From: Promethearchaeia archaeon
GTDB taxonomy: Archaea; Asgardarchaeota; Lokiarchaeia; Sigyniarchaeales; SOKP01
Direction: 5' to 3'
DNA length: 64,000 nucleotides
Assembly (NCBI GenBank): GCA_029856045.1
Contig: JAHQWG010000035.1
Span: 64,001-128,000 of the forward strand
The notes beneath the pieces are model-generated. The model was not told where the DNA came from and made no database searches. It saw nothing but the letters and a program-made list of their open reading frames with translations. The first letter of the stretch is position 1. Every line of letters begins with the position of its first letter. Both the position numbers and the translations under genes were made by a program. Below, piece after piece: positions 20,794-31,301 of the stretch.

Positions 20794-23175
20794 ATGGATA
20801 ATTACTTATATCAAAGTGATACGACATTAGATACCCCAGATAGAACAGATTATAAATATCATTATAATGAAGCAGAGAAATTGGAGAAAGAAGGAACTCT
20901 AGAAAGCCTTGAGTCCGCTATTGTTCATATTGAGATGGCAATCAATAATTTAAACATGAAAAAAGAAATATTGCCAGAGAAATCATTAGATTCAGAGTTA
21001 AAAAAATTCGCTGAACATCAATTAACGATTAAAACAAATTATCATGAGAAACGAATTAATAAATTGTTAGAAGAGGTAAAAAATGAGGAGAATTCAAAAA
21101 ACTATAAAAAATCGGTAAATATTTATAAGAAAATAAGAGATTCAATGAATTTTTTATATAAATTAGGAGATAAAGGCATAAACATTAATGAAATAAATAA
21201 AGTAAAAGAGAAAATTAGTAAATTAACTAAAAAGATATTAAATGAGAATTTATCAATCTCTTTGAACAGAAAATCAAGTAAAACTGAGCAAAAGCCATAT
21301 TCAGATGAATTTAAAGAAATTAATGCAGAATTTGAGGAAATAAATTTTGATACAAATGATCAAATTCCTTTACAGAATCATGATACTGAAGGAGAAATAA
21401 AAATACCGATTGAGGTTGAATCCAAGGTAATGGATCAAGATGAATTAGCTCAATCAGAAATGATATTATTAGAGGATAATGAAGTGGAGGAGGATAACAT
21501 AGATTTACTTGATAGACCTAACAAAATTAATATCTTAGATCAAATTAAAGTGATTTCAAATATCCCTGAAACTAAAGAATATTGCATGGAAAACGAAATT
21601 TTGGATAAAAAATCAGTCAAATTGTTATTAGCTCAGTTAAGAAAAGCATTAATTGCTAATAATTACCAAATTTTTCCTAATGATGACATTGATTTTCAAG
21701 AATTATATAATAAGATTGATTTTCTTGCAATAAAGATCTTCCATATTAATGAATTTTTAGATATATGCCATATTTTACCACTAAAACTTGCTAAACTATA
21801 CGGTTTATTACTTGTCTCAGAAAAAAAGATCGATTATAATAGCAATAATACAAATTTATCTCAGATTGAGCGTAAAAATCTAATACAGCCACTAAAAGAA
21901 GACATAAATGATGTCGTTCGTACTTTATCAAATGAACTTGGAAATGAAGGCCCGATCGCTAAAAATTTCATTTCGTATATTAATGATGATATATCCTTAG
22001 AAAAAAGCAGAATAGCAAGTAAAGGCTATTTTTATTGTAGAGGCCGAATGCAATACAATTTTATAGTTCAGCCCATTATCATTTCCCAAAATAAAATTGG
22101 ATTTTTAGAGAGGAATATACCATATGCATTCCAACAATCTTCTGATTTATATGTTGTTAATATTAACGATTTAAATGATTTATTAAGCTACTTGGAACAG
22201 AAAAAAAGTTCAATTGAAAAAATTTGTATCAAAAAGCAGCCACTTAATTTATTTATAGATAATAAAATAAAATTAAGCAATGCTTTAAGGTTAATAAGCA
22301 TCTTATTAGGAGTATTTGGGGTTTCTTACTTAATTTCATTGTTTTTAAATGATAAAATTTTTGTCAGTGTGTTTCAAGTATTACAAATTCCTTTTATAAT
22401 AGGGATAATACTTCTATTAGGTTTCTTTATATACATATATAAAAAAAACCAAGATGAGATCATTCAAAAATATAATAGACCATTCGGCTTCGACCATCCG
22501 GACTTTTCTGGACAAAATTTATCTATTGCTTTGAATCAAATTAATCCTCCTGAAAGAGAGCAATTCCTATATGAGATATATAACAAGCGTCCAATTCCTA
22601 TTGAGTTATTGCAAAAGATCCAAAATCCTCACATTTTTTCAGAATTTGTTGAATTATTTGAATCAAACATAGTAAATATCACATTAAATAATGAGAATTT
22701 AACTAGATTAAAACAGTCTTTTAAATATTTTAAACAAAAACATAATTTCTACAAAGCATATTGTATTCTTCGGGCAATTCTTGTGTTGAAATTACGAGAT
22801 TTTATAAGACATCGCTTGAATAAATCAGCCGATGATATCCATAATATCTCTTCCCTGCTAGATATAATATGCGCTGAATGTAATATCCTATTTAACAATA
22901 AGTCGGTAGAAGCGATAAAGAAAATAGAGGGAATTAGAGAACTGAAGGGACTTATAAATCAGAATTTTTTTACTCAAATTGTAAATATAGTATATGATAT
23001 TATCGAAATAATTCAGAAGAATACCAAATTGACTGAAGATCTTAAAGAATTTAATAATTTTCATGAAGAAAATGTTCAGAAATTTGAAGAGAATGCTGTA
23101 TTTGAAAAAAGCATTGGCTATACGGGAGGAGACCCTCCAGAAAATATATTTAAAGATTTCTTAAAGGATGATTAA
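20794..23175 (+). CDS. Large two-TM protein: helical N-terminus, acidic linker, degenerate PD-(D/E)xK-like domain, helical C-terminus
   Basis: LIANNYQIF...KIDFLAIK...ILPLKL; two hydrophobic helices near residues 500-550. Confidence 0.6.
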   Translation: MDNYLYQSDTTLDTPDRTDYKYHYNEAEKLEKEGTLESLESAIVHIEMAINNLNMKKEILPEKSLDSELKKFAEHQLTIKTNYHEKRINKLLEEVKNEENSKNYKKSVNIYKKIRDSMNFLYKLGDKGININEINKVKEKISKLTKKILNENLSISLNRKSSKTEQKPYSDEFKEINAEFEEINFDTNDQIPLQNHDTEGEIKIPIEVESKVMDQDELAQSEMILLEDNEVEEDNIDLLDRPNKINILDQIKVISNIPETKEYCMENEILDKKSVKLLLAQLRKALIANNYQIFPNDDIDFQELYNKIDFLAIKIFHINEFLDICHILPLKLAKLYGLLLVSEKKIDYNSNNTNLSQIERKNLIQPLKEDINDVVRTLSNELGNEGPIAKNFISYINDDISLEKSRIASKGYFYCRGRMQYNFIVQPIIISQNKIGFLERNIPYAFQQSSDLYVVNINDLNDLLSYLEQKKSSIEKICIKKQPLNLFIDNKIKLSNALRLISILLGVFGVSYLISLFLNDKIFVSVFQVLQIPFIIGIILLLGFFIYIYKKNQDEIIQKYNRPFGFDHPDFSGQNLSIALNQINPPEREQFLYEIYNKRPIPIELLQKIQNPHIFSEFVELFESNIVNITLNNENLTRLKQSFKYFKQKHNFYKAYCILRAILVLKLRDFIRHRLNKSADDIHNISSLLDIICAECNILFNNKSVEAIKKIEGIRELKGLINQNFFTQIVNIVYDIIEIIQKNTKLTEDLKEFNNFHEENVQKFEENAVFEKSIGYTGGDPPENIFKDFLKDD

Positions 23176-23917
23176 AATGATTGAGAATAGTGAGAAGATT
23201 GTAAGATGTTTTAAAATTTTCTATATCATAGGGATCGGACTGGTTATTGCATCCTTTTTCTCTGAGTGGTATTATTACGCTTATATCATCAATAGAATTA
23301 CAATGATTTGGGGATATAACATAATTGCAGGATGGAACTGTATTACTAATAATTCTATAAATTATCCTATATCAATCGAGATTGATCTTATGTTATTTTT
23401 ACTATATGTATTTATTTTTTTTTTAGCATTAATATCATTTATTTATATTTCACTTGAGCGTCCACTTTTTAGCAAGAAAAATTTTTATAATAAGGTAAAA
23501 ACTTTAAATTACATTTTTCCTGTATATCTTGGATTTAACCTTATAATATTGGCATTATTTTTATTTAATTTATTCCAGGCTAATTTCTATTTTCCATTTT
23601 TGAAGCTTTATATTGTTTCCGAAGATTCTGAAACTCTTTACTGGCTTGGTCCGGGATGTATTTTGCATATGATATCTTTTATTTTTATGTTTCCCTTTTC
23701 TGCTATAGTTTTACAGATCCCTCGAAAATTTAAATTAAAGGAGAATAAAATTGAAATTAATAAATTAATTGAAGTAAGTTCTAAAAATATAGATTTTGAG
23801 AAAATTATAATGAAAGAGAGGATAAAGAAAGATAAGACATTCAATCAATCTTCTAACGGAAAACTACAAAAAGGAAAATTTAATCTGGATAATATACGCT
23901 TGGAGAGTGAATCATAA
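23168..23917 (+). CDS. Four-TM membrane protein
   Basis: SFFSEWYY, WGYNIIAGW, LGPGCIL; overlaps the upstream stop. Confidence 0.7.
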   Translation: MIKMIENSEKIVRCFKIFYIIGIGLVIASFFSEWYYYAYIINRITMIWGYNIIAGWNCITNNSINYPISIEIDLMLFLLYVFIFFLALISFIYISLERPLFSKKNFYNKVKTLNYIFPVYLGFNLIILALFLFNLFQANFYFPFLKLYIVSEDSETLYWLGPGCILHMISFIFMFPFSAIVLQIPRKFKLKENKIEINKLIEVSSKNIDFEKIIMKERIKKDKTFNQSSNGKLQKGKFNLDNIRLESES

Positions 23918-24796
23918 GTGTCAAAATTATTAGAAGCCACTAAATTGTTATTGAATAATCAAAATTACAATGACCTGTATGAATTATATTTGGATTTGAT
24001 TTATAACGCGGTCAATGAAATTGGTGTAAAATTAAATATTACAACACTTAAATCCAACGAAAAAATTTATGATTATATGATAATAATCGATAAATTCCTC
24101 TTTAATAATATCAATATTGTATTATTTGGAGAACATATTCAGAAAGTAGTTAATTTTCACACTATATATGATAAAATTAAAAATACTTCAGAAAACCTAA
24201 AACTAGATCAGTATGATATAAAAGAATTAATTGAAGAATACTATGAACTTAAAGCCCTAGCTGTCCCTAATGTTTTTCAAGATATTGAAAGTTATAAGAC
24301 AAGTAAATATGCCAATTTTCAAACACTCAAAGCGTGTAATTTAGTTTTTGGAAAAAAAAATAAGAATTATGATAATACCAACATTGAAGATGCATTGTAT
24401 GAGATGATCTCCAATCGTATTCAAAATGATTCTGATAAAATCAGGAGAGATTATGTGAAAGGAAAACTAGCTTTTGATAAAAGTTTCAGAAAATTAGCAA
24501 CCTTAGATTCAATCCAAAAAACAATAGAGTCGTCAAAGAAAAAATTCAGCCAAATAGAGATCAGTGGAACCTTATCTGACAATTTAGAATATAAAATCTA
24601 TACATTACGGATGCCGGGATATCTTATATTATCTTTTGGAATTATTTCAGCGATATTATTAGGTTTTATATTTATGGAGATATTTTCAGTGCCAATACTG
24701 GCTGTATCATTATATCCTAGTGCTATATTTTCTGGATTAATTTGTTTTATTTGTTTTTATATCTTTATTAAATTCTTTATTAGAGGAAAAAAATGA
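23918..24796 (+). CDS. Helical protein with C-terminal TM hairpin
   Basis: Abuts both neighbours; two C-terminal hydrophobic helices. Confidence 0.7.
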   Translation: MSKLLEATKLLLNNQNYNDLYELYLDLIYNAVNEIGVKLNITTLKSNEKIYDYMIIIDKFLFNNINIVLFGEHIQKVVNFHTIYDKIKNTSENLKLDQYDIKELIEEYYELKALAVPNVFQDIESYKTSKYANFQTLKACNLVFGKKNKNYDNTNIEDALYEMISNRIQNDSDKIRRDYVKGKLAFDKSFRKLATLDSIQKTIESSKKKFSQIEISGTLSDNLEYKIYTLRMPGYLILSFGIISAILLGFIFMEIFSVPILAVSLYPSAIFSGLICFICFYIFIKFFIRGKK

Positions 24797-27700
24797 GTAA
24801 AACACCAACAGAAATCACAACAAGTTTGAGTCCTTCAGAGAAAGAGGATTTAAATAGATTTGGAGCCGTTGCTGACATTAACATTTGGAATGAACGACCT
24901 GCATTCAAAGACGTGAATAAATTTTGTATTTATTTAAAAAGTGGTTTTATCATTGGTATATTTTTAATATTTACTTTATTGTTATATTATTGTAGTGGGG
25001 CGTTGATACCTTCGTTCTTATTCCCGAGTTTGATAATTTTCTTTTTTGTGTTAATATTTTTCCAAGATATTTTTTATTATTTTCCTAAATTCAGATATTC
25101 TGGAATTAAAAGAATCGAATTATTTAAGAATTGTTCATTTAGGATTAAAGATAAGAATTCTGATACTTTATTTATTTTCAATAGAAAAGAGAATTTAGTT
25201 ACTGGTATAAAGTTATTTAAAATAGACATATTACCTGAAACGATTGAAGGTAACGTTTATCGATTCTTAAGTTCTCTCGATCGAACTGGAATTCCTTATG
25301 TTTATCAAATAATTCAGACTTCAAATATTCAGTTAATAAAGAGATCTTCAGATTTTTCTGATAAAAAAGAAAAAATGAGAGTTAGGAACACTCTACAAAA
25401 TTCACAGACATCTTTTAATATTAGTTTATTCTTGGCAACTTCTTATTGTAATATGAATAAAATAATTTCTGTTGCATTGGATGAAATACAAAATTCTTTA
25501 AATCGTTATGGTAAAGGTATCATTTCCTCCTTTATTGCCTGTTTTCCTCATCATCATTTAACAGAACTAAAAGGTTTGGAATTAATAAATGGGTTATATA
25601 CTTTATTTTTTAAGACAGAAGTAGAACCAAGAAAAGATAATGAAAAATCATTTAAAAATAGAAATTGGAGATCCACAATAATCAGAATTGTTTATCTATT
25701 TATTTTTATTAGTTTTGAGGCATTCTTATTATTTTCTGTAGGCATTAGTGTTGATTTTAATATATTGGTTAATCTAATTGTTTTGATTGGAATTCTTTTC
25801 ATCTATTGGAGAGAAATATTTAGCTCTTTGACAGATAAATTCATCTTTAGGGATTTTCTTAGATTAAATCTTTTTAACGATTATAAATTTTTTATGAGAG
25901 CTGGTATTCCGGATTCTGTTTTTGTTTGGAATGAAGAATTGAAATTATTGATTGGAATTAAGTTATTTGCAGTTAGAAATATTATGACCCGTGGTTATTG
26001 TAATCCCGATAAGTTTATTAGAGCAATCTCGCCTTTTAAATTGTCATATTCTTATACAACGATCCAGGCTGCTCTTTCTCAATTTGATTTGGAAAAAGAT
26101 TATATGAAATACCTGAAAAGTAAAATCATTTACAGCATGCAGAAATATTATAATAATGAGGAGAAACTTTTAAAATGGCTTTCTATGAGAGCCGGTATTT
26201 GGCGATTTATGTTTCTTATTTCTATAAATTCCTACAAATTTACATCCTATATTTCAACTGAAATTATTGATAATTTAGAGTTGGAATTACAGGAGAGATT
26301 TGAAACCATTCACCTTGCGTTTCAGGAGACATATAGTGATTATGTGCCATTAGTATTAAGAAATCGACGATTAATTTTAGGAATTAAGGTAATTCTTTTA
26401 AAAAACAAGTTTATCCGTCGTGGAGGCACATATATACCCTATTCTCTTATTCAAGGTAAAATTTTAAAAGAAGTTAACAAAATAATGAATGAATTAAAGA
26501 AGGGAATTAAAACTCAAGTGGCTGTGGAGTTTAATACACCCTTAAGCTTAAAAAATGAAATTTTAATTGGTAATACAATAAATACTGAATTTTTTAGGGA
26601 GGAAATACCTTTTGGTTTATTATTTAATCAGATTAATAATTTAATCATTAGTGGTGGAACACACAGGCAAAGAGAAGATATTTGTATGAAAATAATAACG
26701 GAATTGGTTAAAAACAAAATCCCTTCAATAATATTTGATTTTAATGGAAAATATAGTAGGCTTATTGAAATTTTCTCTAAGACACAATTTTATCGTGATT
26801 TCTATTATTTTAAACTGGGTCAAAGTTTTAATATCGAGTTATTGAATTCGGGAATAAAAAATGATCCCAAGAATTTAGAATATTTGGATTATATCTGTGA
26901 AGCGATTGGATGTATAAAAAAATTAAATGACAAAGAAATACAAACGATTAGGGATTTGATATCAAAAGTCCCAATGGATTCTAAATCTATAACTATGGAT
27001 ATGGAAATGGAAGATAAGTGGAAAAAAAATAAAAATTATAATGAAAAATATATTGCTTCAGTATTTAATGATTATACTCAACAAACTAGAAATACAATCA
27101 GTGCAATAGGCATTGTGGAGGAAAATATTAATTCAAATGATTTTCTAAAAGATGATAAAACTGTAATTATTGATTTAAGCATTTTAAGCCCCCCGCTTAA
27201 TATATTTGCAATGTTTGTGTTGATTTCGAGAATAATTCATTATACCCAAGAAGGTAAAGATTATATTCCTAAGTTGTTAGTAATGCCTAACGTCGAATAT
27301 TTTTTCGATAAATTTTATCTTGATAAATTTATTAAGCCTTATACAATTGATAGATTCCTTAATCCATTGAAAGAAAAAGGATTTGGATTTATGTTTTTAG
27401 TCAATGAAGTAAATAAATTACATCCAACATTTTTTGATTATATTCAAAATTTTATGGCTCTAAAAACGGTGCAACCGGCAGATTTAATGGTTTTAAAAAA
27501 TCTTCTTAACTTGCAAGAAATTCAAGGTCAAGGATATTATACAAAATCACGAAAAAATACATATCATATAGATTTTTTGAAACAATTAAGGAATAATAAT
27601 GCCATAGTCTTAAGAGATGATATTGACCAACCCTTTCCCGTTAAAATCGATATTGATTCTCTTGCAGCGATACCTATTCCAAAATATTTGGAATTAAGCG

Positions 27701-28650
27701 AATATATGAAAGAATTTGGGTATAATTTTCAAAAAACCGAAGAGCAAATCTTGAATTCAATTGAAAAAACAATATTTGAAAAAGATTTTCAACAATATCT
27801 CTTTCTTTTAGACGATATTATTAATTTTCTTAGAGCCTTAAATCGAATAGACACAATTGGTAATATTTATGAGTTTAAAATCAAAGAACAACTTTTTAAG
27901 TTTATACATAAAAAATTAGTAGCTAAAGACTACAAGAGAAAACAAATTAGTAAAATTAGAGATGATTTGTTCAATGTATTAATTTCCCATCAATATTTGG
28001 TTGAAAATCACCCAAGAGAAGCTGGAGGCTCTCAATCGATGAGAACATCATATTCTGTAGGACATCAATTTGTGAAAGCATTGGATGATCATTATGATTC
28101 AAAAAAAAAAATCAATGATCAGGTTGATTTACAGCTTATCGAGAAGAGAAAGATTAATGTAAATGAAATTATCCCTAAAAAGGAAGAGATTTTCGAATAT
28201 TTCGTTCCACCAGATAGTGATCAGAATAAGCAACAAGTGATAATAAAAACCAAAAAAAAGATTAGTAATTCAAAAAATATATTGGCAAGTCTTATAGGAG
28301 CACTTTTAGTCAATGGAACTATAAGGGCTGGTAAAGAATTAAGAAGAAATCAATACAAAGATACAATCTTAAAAGTGAGAGATGTTTTATCTAAATTTTT
28401 ATATAAATTATATGATTTTAAATTTGATGAAAAAAGCAATGCAAAAATCCACAGTGATGTACTATTAGAAGCGGTAGATTTTATTGCTGAATCTAATATC
28501 ATTCCTTTCAATAGGCAAGAATTATATGATATTCTCAAAATGATTAATATTATTAAAATTAAAAGTGGAGAGTTAGAAAATACTGCAAAAAATCATTATG
28601 AAATGCTTTATGATTTTACACAAAAAATTTTGATAGGGGTCATGGATTAG
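24793..28650 (+). CDS. Membrane-bound VirB4/HerA/CedB-like protein with degenerate ATPase motifs
   Basis: Two TM-hairpin+domain repeats; NLIISGGTHRQRE, PSIIFDFNGKY, KTVIIDLS, LLVMPNVE, KEKGFGFMFLVNE. Confidence 0.7.
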   Translation: MSKTPTEITTSLSPSEKEDLNRFGAVADINIWNERPAFKDVNKFCIYLKSGFIIGIFLIFTLLLYYCSGALIPSFLFPSLIIFFFVLIFFQDIFYYFPKFRYSGIKRIELFKNCSFRIKDKNSDTLFIFNRKENLVTGIKLFKIDILPETIEGNVYRFLSSLDRTGIPYVYQIIQTSNIQLIKRSSDFSDKKEKMRVRNTLQNSQTSFNISLFLATSYCNMNKIISVALDEIQNSLNRYGKGIISSFIACFPHHHLTELKGLELINGLYTLFFKTEVEPRKDNEKSFKNRNWRSTIIRIVYLFIFISFEAFLLFSVGISVDFNILVNLIVLIGILFIYWREIFSSLTDKFIFRDFLRLNLFNDYKFFMRAGIPDSVFVWNEELKLLIGIKLFAVRNIMTRGYCNPDKFIRAISPFKLSYSYTTIQAALSQFDLEKDYMKYLKSKIIYSMQKYYNNEEKLLKWLSMRAGIWRFMFLISINSYKFTSYISTEIIDNLELELQERFETIHLAFQETYSDYVPLVLRNRRLILGIKVILLKNKFIRRGGTYIPYSLIQGKILKEVNKIMNELKKGIKTQVAVEFNTPLSLKNEILIGNTINTEFFREEIPFGLLFNQINNLIISGGTHRQREDICMKIITELVKNKIPSIIFDFNGKYSRLIEIFSKTQFYRDFYYFKLGQSFNIELLNSGIKNDPKNLEYLDYICEAIGCIKKLNDKEIQTIRDLISKVPMDSKSITMDMEMEDKWKKNKNYNEKYIASVFNDYTQQTRNTISAIGIVEENINSNDFLKDDKTVIIDLSILSPPLNIFAMFVLISRIIHYTQEGKDYIPKLLVMPNVEYFFDKFYLDKFIKPYTIDRFLNPLKEKGFGFMFLVNEVNKLHPTFFDYIQNFMALKTVQPADLMVLKNLLNLQEIQGQGYYTKSRKNTYHIDFLKQLRNNNAIVLRDDIDQPFPVKIDIDSLAAIPIPKYLELSEYMKEFGYNFQKTEEQILNSIEKTIFEKDFQQYLFLLDDIINFLRALNRIDTIGNIYEFKIKEQLFKFIHKKLVAKDYKRKQISKIRDDLFNVLISHQYLVENHPREAGGSQSMRTSYSVGHQFVKALDDHYDSKKKINDQVDLQLIEKRKINVNEIIPKKEEIFEYFVPPDSDQNKQQVIIKTKKKISNSKNILASLIGALLVNGTIRAGKELRRNQYKDTILKVRDVLSKFLYKLYDFKFDEKSNAKIHSDVLLEAVDFIAESNIIPFNRQELYDILKMINIIKIKSGELENTAKNHYEMLYDFTQKILIGVMD

Positions 28651-28744
28651 ATGATCTAATTTTACTACTACTCATAAACGTCAATTAAGGCTACAGAGTC
28701 TAAAAAAAAAGAGATTAATTGAATTTTTATTTTTAAGATTTTTC

Positions 28745-29059
28745 TTATTCTTTTATTTTTTTACCAAGTTTCATTAAAATTGGAAGCAATTTAATCAATT
28801 CCATAGCAGGCGTAGTTTTTATGAATTTAAAAACACCTGGTTTGGCGATTCTCCATACTGCTGTGCCTTGTGCCATTTGTTCTTCGGTATCCGCTTCTGT
28901 TATTGATATGCCCTAAAAATCAGAGGTGCTGATATACCTAGCAATTGTCTTTGTGCCTTCAACTGGATAGAGTTTCTTGTTAAGGATTGTTTGTGCCATC
29001 TCCGATAATTCTGATGGGTCAAAATCTGTATTTAACTCCCAATACGAAATAAATATCAT
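28745..29059 (-). pseudogene. DUF3303-like protein interrupted by in-frame TAG (codon 49)
   Basis: Own translation MIFISYWELN...YPVEGTKTIARYISTSDF*GISITEADTEE...KTTPAM; GGTGG SD. Confidence 0.65.
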
Positions 29060-29102
29060 TCTTTTTTACCACCTTTTGTATTTTAATTGGATTCAATAAA
29101 GG

Positions 29103-29121
29103 TATAGTTTTCAAAACTATA
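29103..29121. promoter_or_regulatory. Perfect palindrome, candidate operator
   Basis: TATAGTTTT-C-AAAACTATA between a TATA near 29151-29158 and ATG 29059. Confidence 0.45.
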
Positions 29122-29340
29122 TACCATTTTTTCCTTCTATTTTTGATTATTTATAAATTGCCATTATAAATTATTAATTATTTTAGGAGTATTATCAGTT
29201 ATGGGATGATCTAATTACATTTTAAAAAATTGAGATAAAACCATTAAGTATATTATTATAAATACAAGAAAAGAGTAATTATTGAAAAGAAAATTTCATA
29301 ATAAAAAATCTAAAAAAAAATTTTATTAAAGTGAGAAGTA

Positions 29341-29775
29341 ATGAGAATTAAAAAAAAACAGATGAATAATTATTTCTTAATTACGTTTGGATTAAATCTT
29401 GCCACTATGGTGATGGGAATTCTCTATTTCGTGATTGGACCTGATTTAATATTTGGATTTTTATTTGGTATTATTTTGGTCATCTCATGGCTTCTTGACA
29501 TCGGTTTAGTTTTATTAGATGATTTCAAACTCGCAAAAAACAATGCAACTGGAAAAATTCTTAATCGACTTGGTTATTGTTTTGTTTTTTTCCAGATATT
29601 TGGGGTGTTTTGCATGGTAGGTGGATTATTCCTTTTGAATGCAGATTGGACATCGGCTTTAGTTCACTATTCATTGATATTTATTAGCTTTTTTGGCTTT
29701 TTTCTTTTTGGTAGCATCTTGGCTTACTTGAATATAAAAAAATTAGATATTCCGGAGGCATGGAACTTTGAATAA
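29341..29775 (+). CDS. Four-TM membrane protein
   Basis: Hydrophobic segments; overlaps the hydrolase gene. Confidence 0.7.
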   Translation: MRIKKKQMNNYFLITFGLNLATMVMGILYFVIGPDLIFGFLFGIILVISWLLDIGLVLLDDFKLAKNNATGKILNRLGYCFVFFQIFGVFCMVGGLFLLNADWTSALVHYSLIFISFFGFFLFGSILAYLNIKKLDIPEAWNFE

Positions 29776-31039
29776 ACTCAAGATTTTCAAGCTGTTATTG
29801 GTAATTTTCTGCATCATAATCTTAGTTTGGGGTTGCTTGTGGATATATTTATTATTTGTCGGAGGTAGACAATTACGGGGTGTTATGATATTATTAGAGG
29901 AATTTGTCGCGCAAAGTGCGACTTTGATGGTTGGTCTTTGCGTTTCAGCCACAATTTTATTGTTGAAACTCTTTTCTTCTAAAAGAATTCGTCATCCAAA
30001 ACAATATTATGCTCTCGCTATTATTGGTTTTACAATTGCTGGATTGAATTCTATGTCCTTACTAGCCACCCCATTCACAATATTGCACGCCAATGTTGAA
30101 TTCGATGAAGTTTTTGGGCCTAATTGGGAAAACTCCATCCCTAAAGATGTTAAACAACATTTCCTCCAAACTCCTTATATTCTTCCTACGCATATTCTAA
30201 CAATTCCCGAAAAACCAATTCTTGTAGAAAAAGATGTTTTATTTTATGAAGGAGAAAATATCACGCTATATTTTGATGTATATATACCTGCCCGGCCATC
30301 ATCGGAATTGCCTGGTAATGGAAGTATTATTATTAATCTTCACCCAGGCGCTTGGTGTTCTGGAGGAAAAGGCACATGGAATATGATTTCAACTAGTAAA
30401 TACTTGGCAGGTCAGGGTTATGTTGTATTCGATATTGAATACGGATTGATAGAATGGTTCCATTATTATGCTGCAGCTCCAGATACTCCTGTGCATGTAA
30501 TGGGTAATTTTACCATAGAGGATCAAATCAGACATATAGGAATTTTCACAAAGAGACTTGAAAATGAATTTGCAGCGACTTACGGGGCCAATTTGGATTC
30601 CGTTTATTTTATGGGTAGATCTGCTGGAGCACACCTTGCAGGTGTATCGGGATTGGGATATAATGAAGAATTCCATAATGGTACTTTTAGTTCGAAAATG
30701 AAAGTGAAAGGGATTATACCATTATATACCCCTTCAGCAGCTCCTGATGCATTTTTGAAAGAAGACCAAGAAACAAATCCCGAATTATTTGATGCTTATG
30801 CATTTGAAAAACTCTCTGACCCACAAGATCCACCTGCACTTTTCTTTCAAGGAACTAGTGATGGTCAAGTATCGAGCACAAGTGTTGAAACTTTAGAATC
30901 AGAGATGGAATTGAAAGGGGTTCAATGCTGTCTTTTAATATTCCCATTCGCAGGCCATGCTAATGATTTCGTTTTAAGTACGAACATTGGTCAAGTATGG
31001 GTTTATTATTTAGAACGTTTTCTATATTTAACACAATAA
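29768..31039 (+). CDS. Membrane-anchored alpha/beta hydrolase (esterase/lipase)
   Basis: HPGAW, GRSAG nucleophile elbow, GTSD, AGH; N-terminal TMs. Confidence 0.9.
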   Translation: MNKLKIFKLLLVIFCIIILVWGCLWIYLLFVGGRQLRGVMILLEEFVAQSATLMVGLCVSATILLLKLFSSKRIRHPKQYYALAIIGFTIAGLNSMSLLATPFTILHANVEFDEVFGPNWENSIPKDVKQHFLQTPYILPTHILTIPEKPILVEKDVLFYEGENITLYFDVYIPARPSSELPGNGSIIINLHPGAWCSGGKGTWNMISTSKYLAGQGYVVFDIEYGLIEWFHYYAAAPDTPVHVMGNFTIEDQIRHIGIFTKRLENEFAATYGANLDSVYFMGRSAGAHLAGVSGLGYNEEFHNGTFSSKMKVKGIIPLYTPSAAPDAFLKEDQETNPELFDAYAFEKLSDPQDPPALFFQGTSDGQVSSTSVETLESEMELKGVQCCLLIFPFAGHANDFVLSTNIGQVWVYYLERFLYLTQ

Positions 31040-31229
31040 TTTACTTCGAGATATCTTATATCCACAATGATAAAGAATATGGATTTGAATCAATATAATT
31101 TAAATAACTTCCCTTTTTTTTAATTTCTATTTTTAATATAAATTCATTTTATTATCTGATTAATAACCTAGTTAAAATGGAGGATCTTTCAAAATATATT
31201 GTAAATAATAAATCATTAAGCCGGGAGTC

Positions 31230-31245
31230 TTTTTTTATTTAAATA
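31230..31245 (+). promoter_or_regulatory. T-run/TATA promoter motif
   Basis: T7-A-TTTAAATA. Confidence 0.5.
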
Positions 31246-31301
31246 GTTACTTTTGAAACTGATGATAACGCATCCCATAATTAAAAATTGATTTTATAAA
31301 A

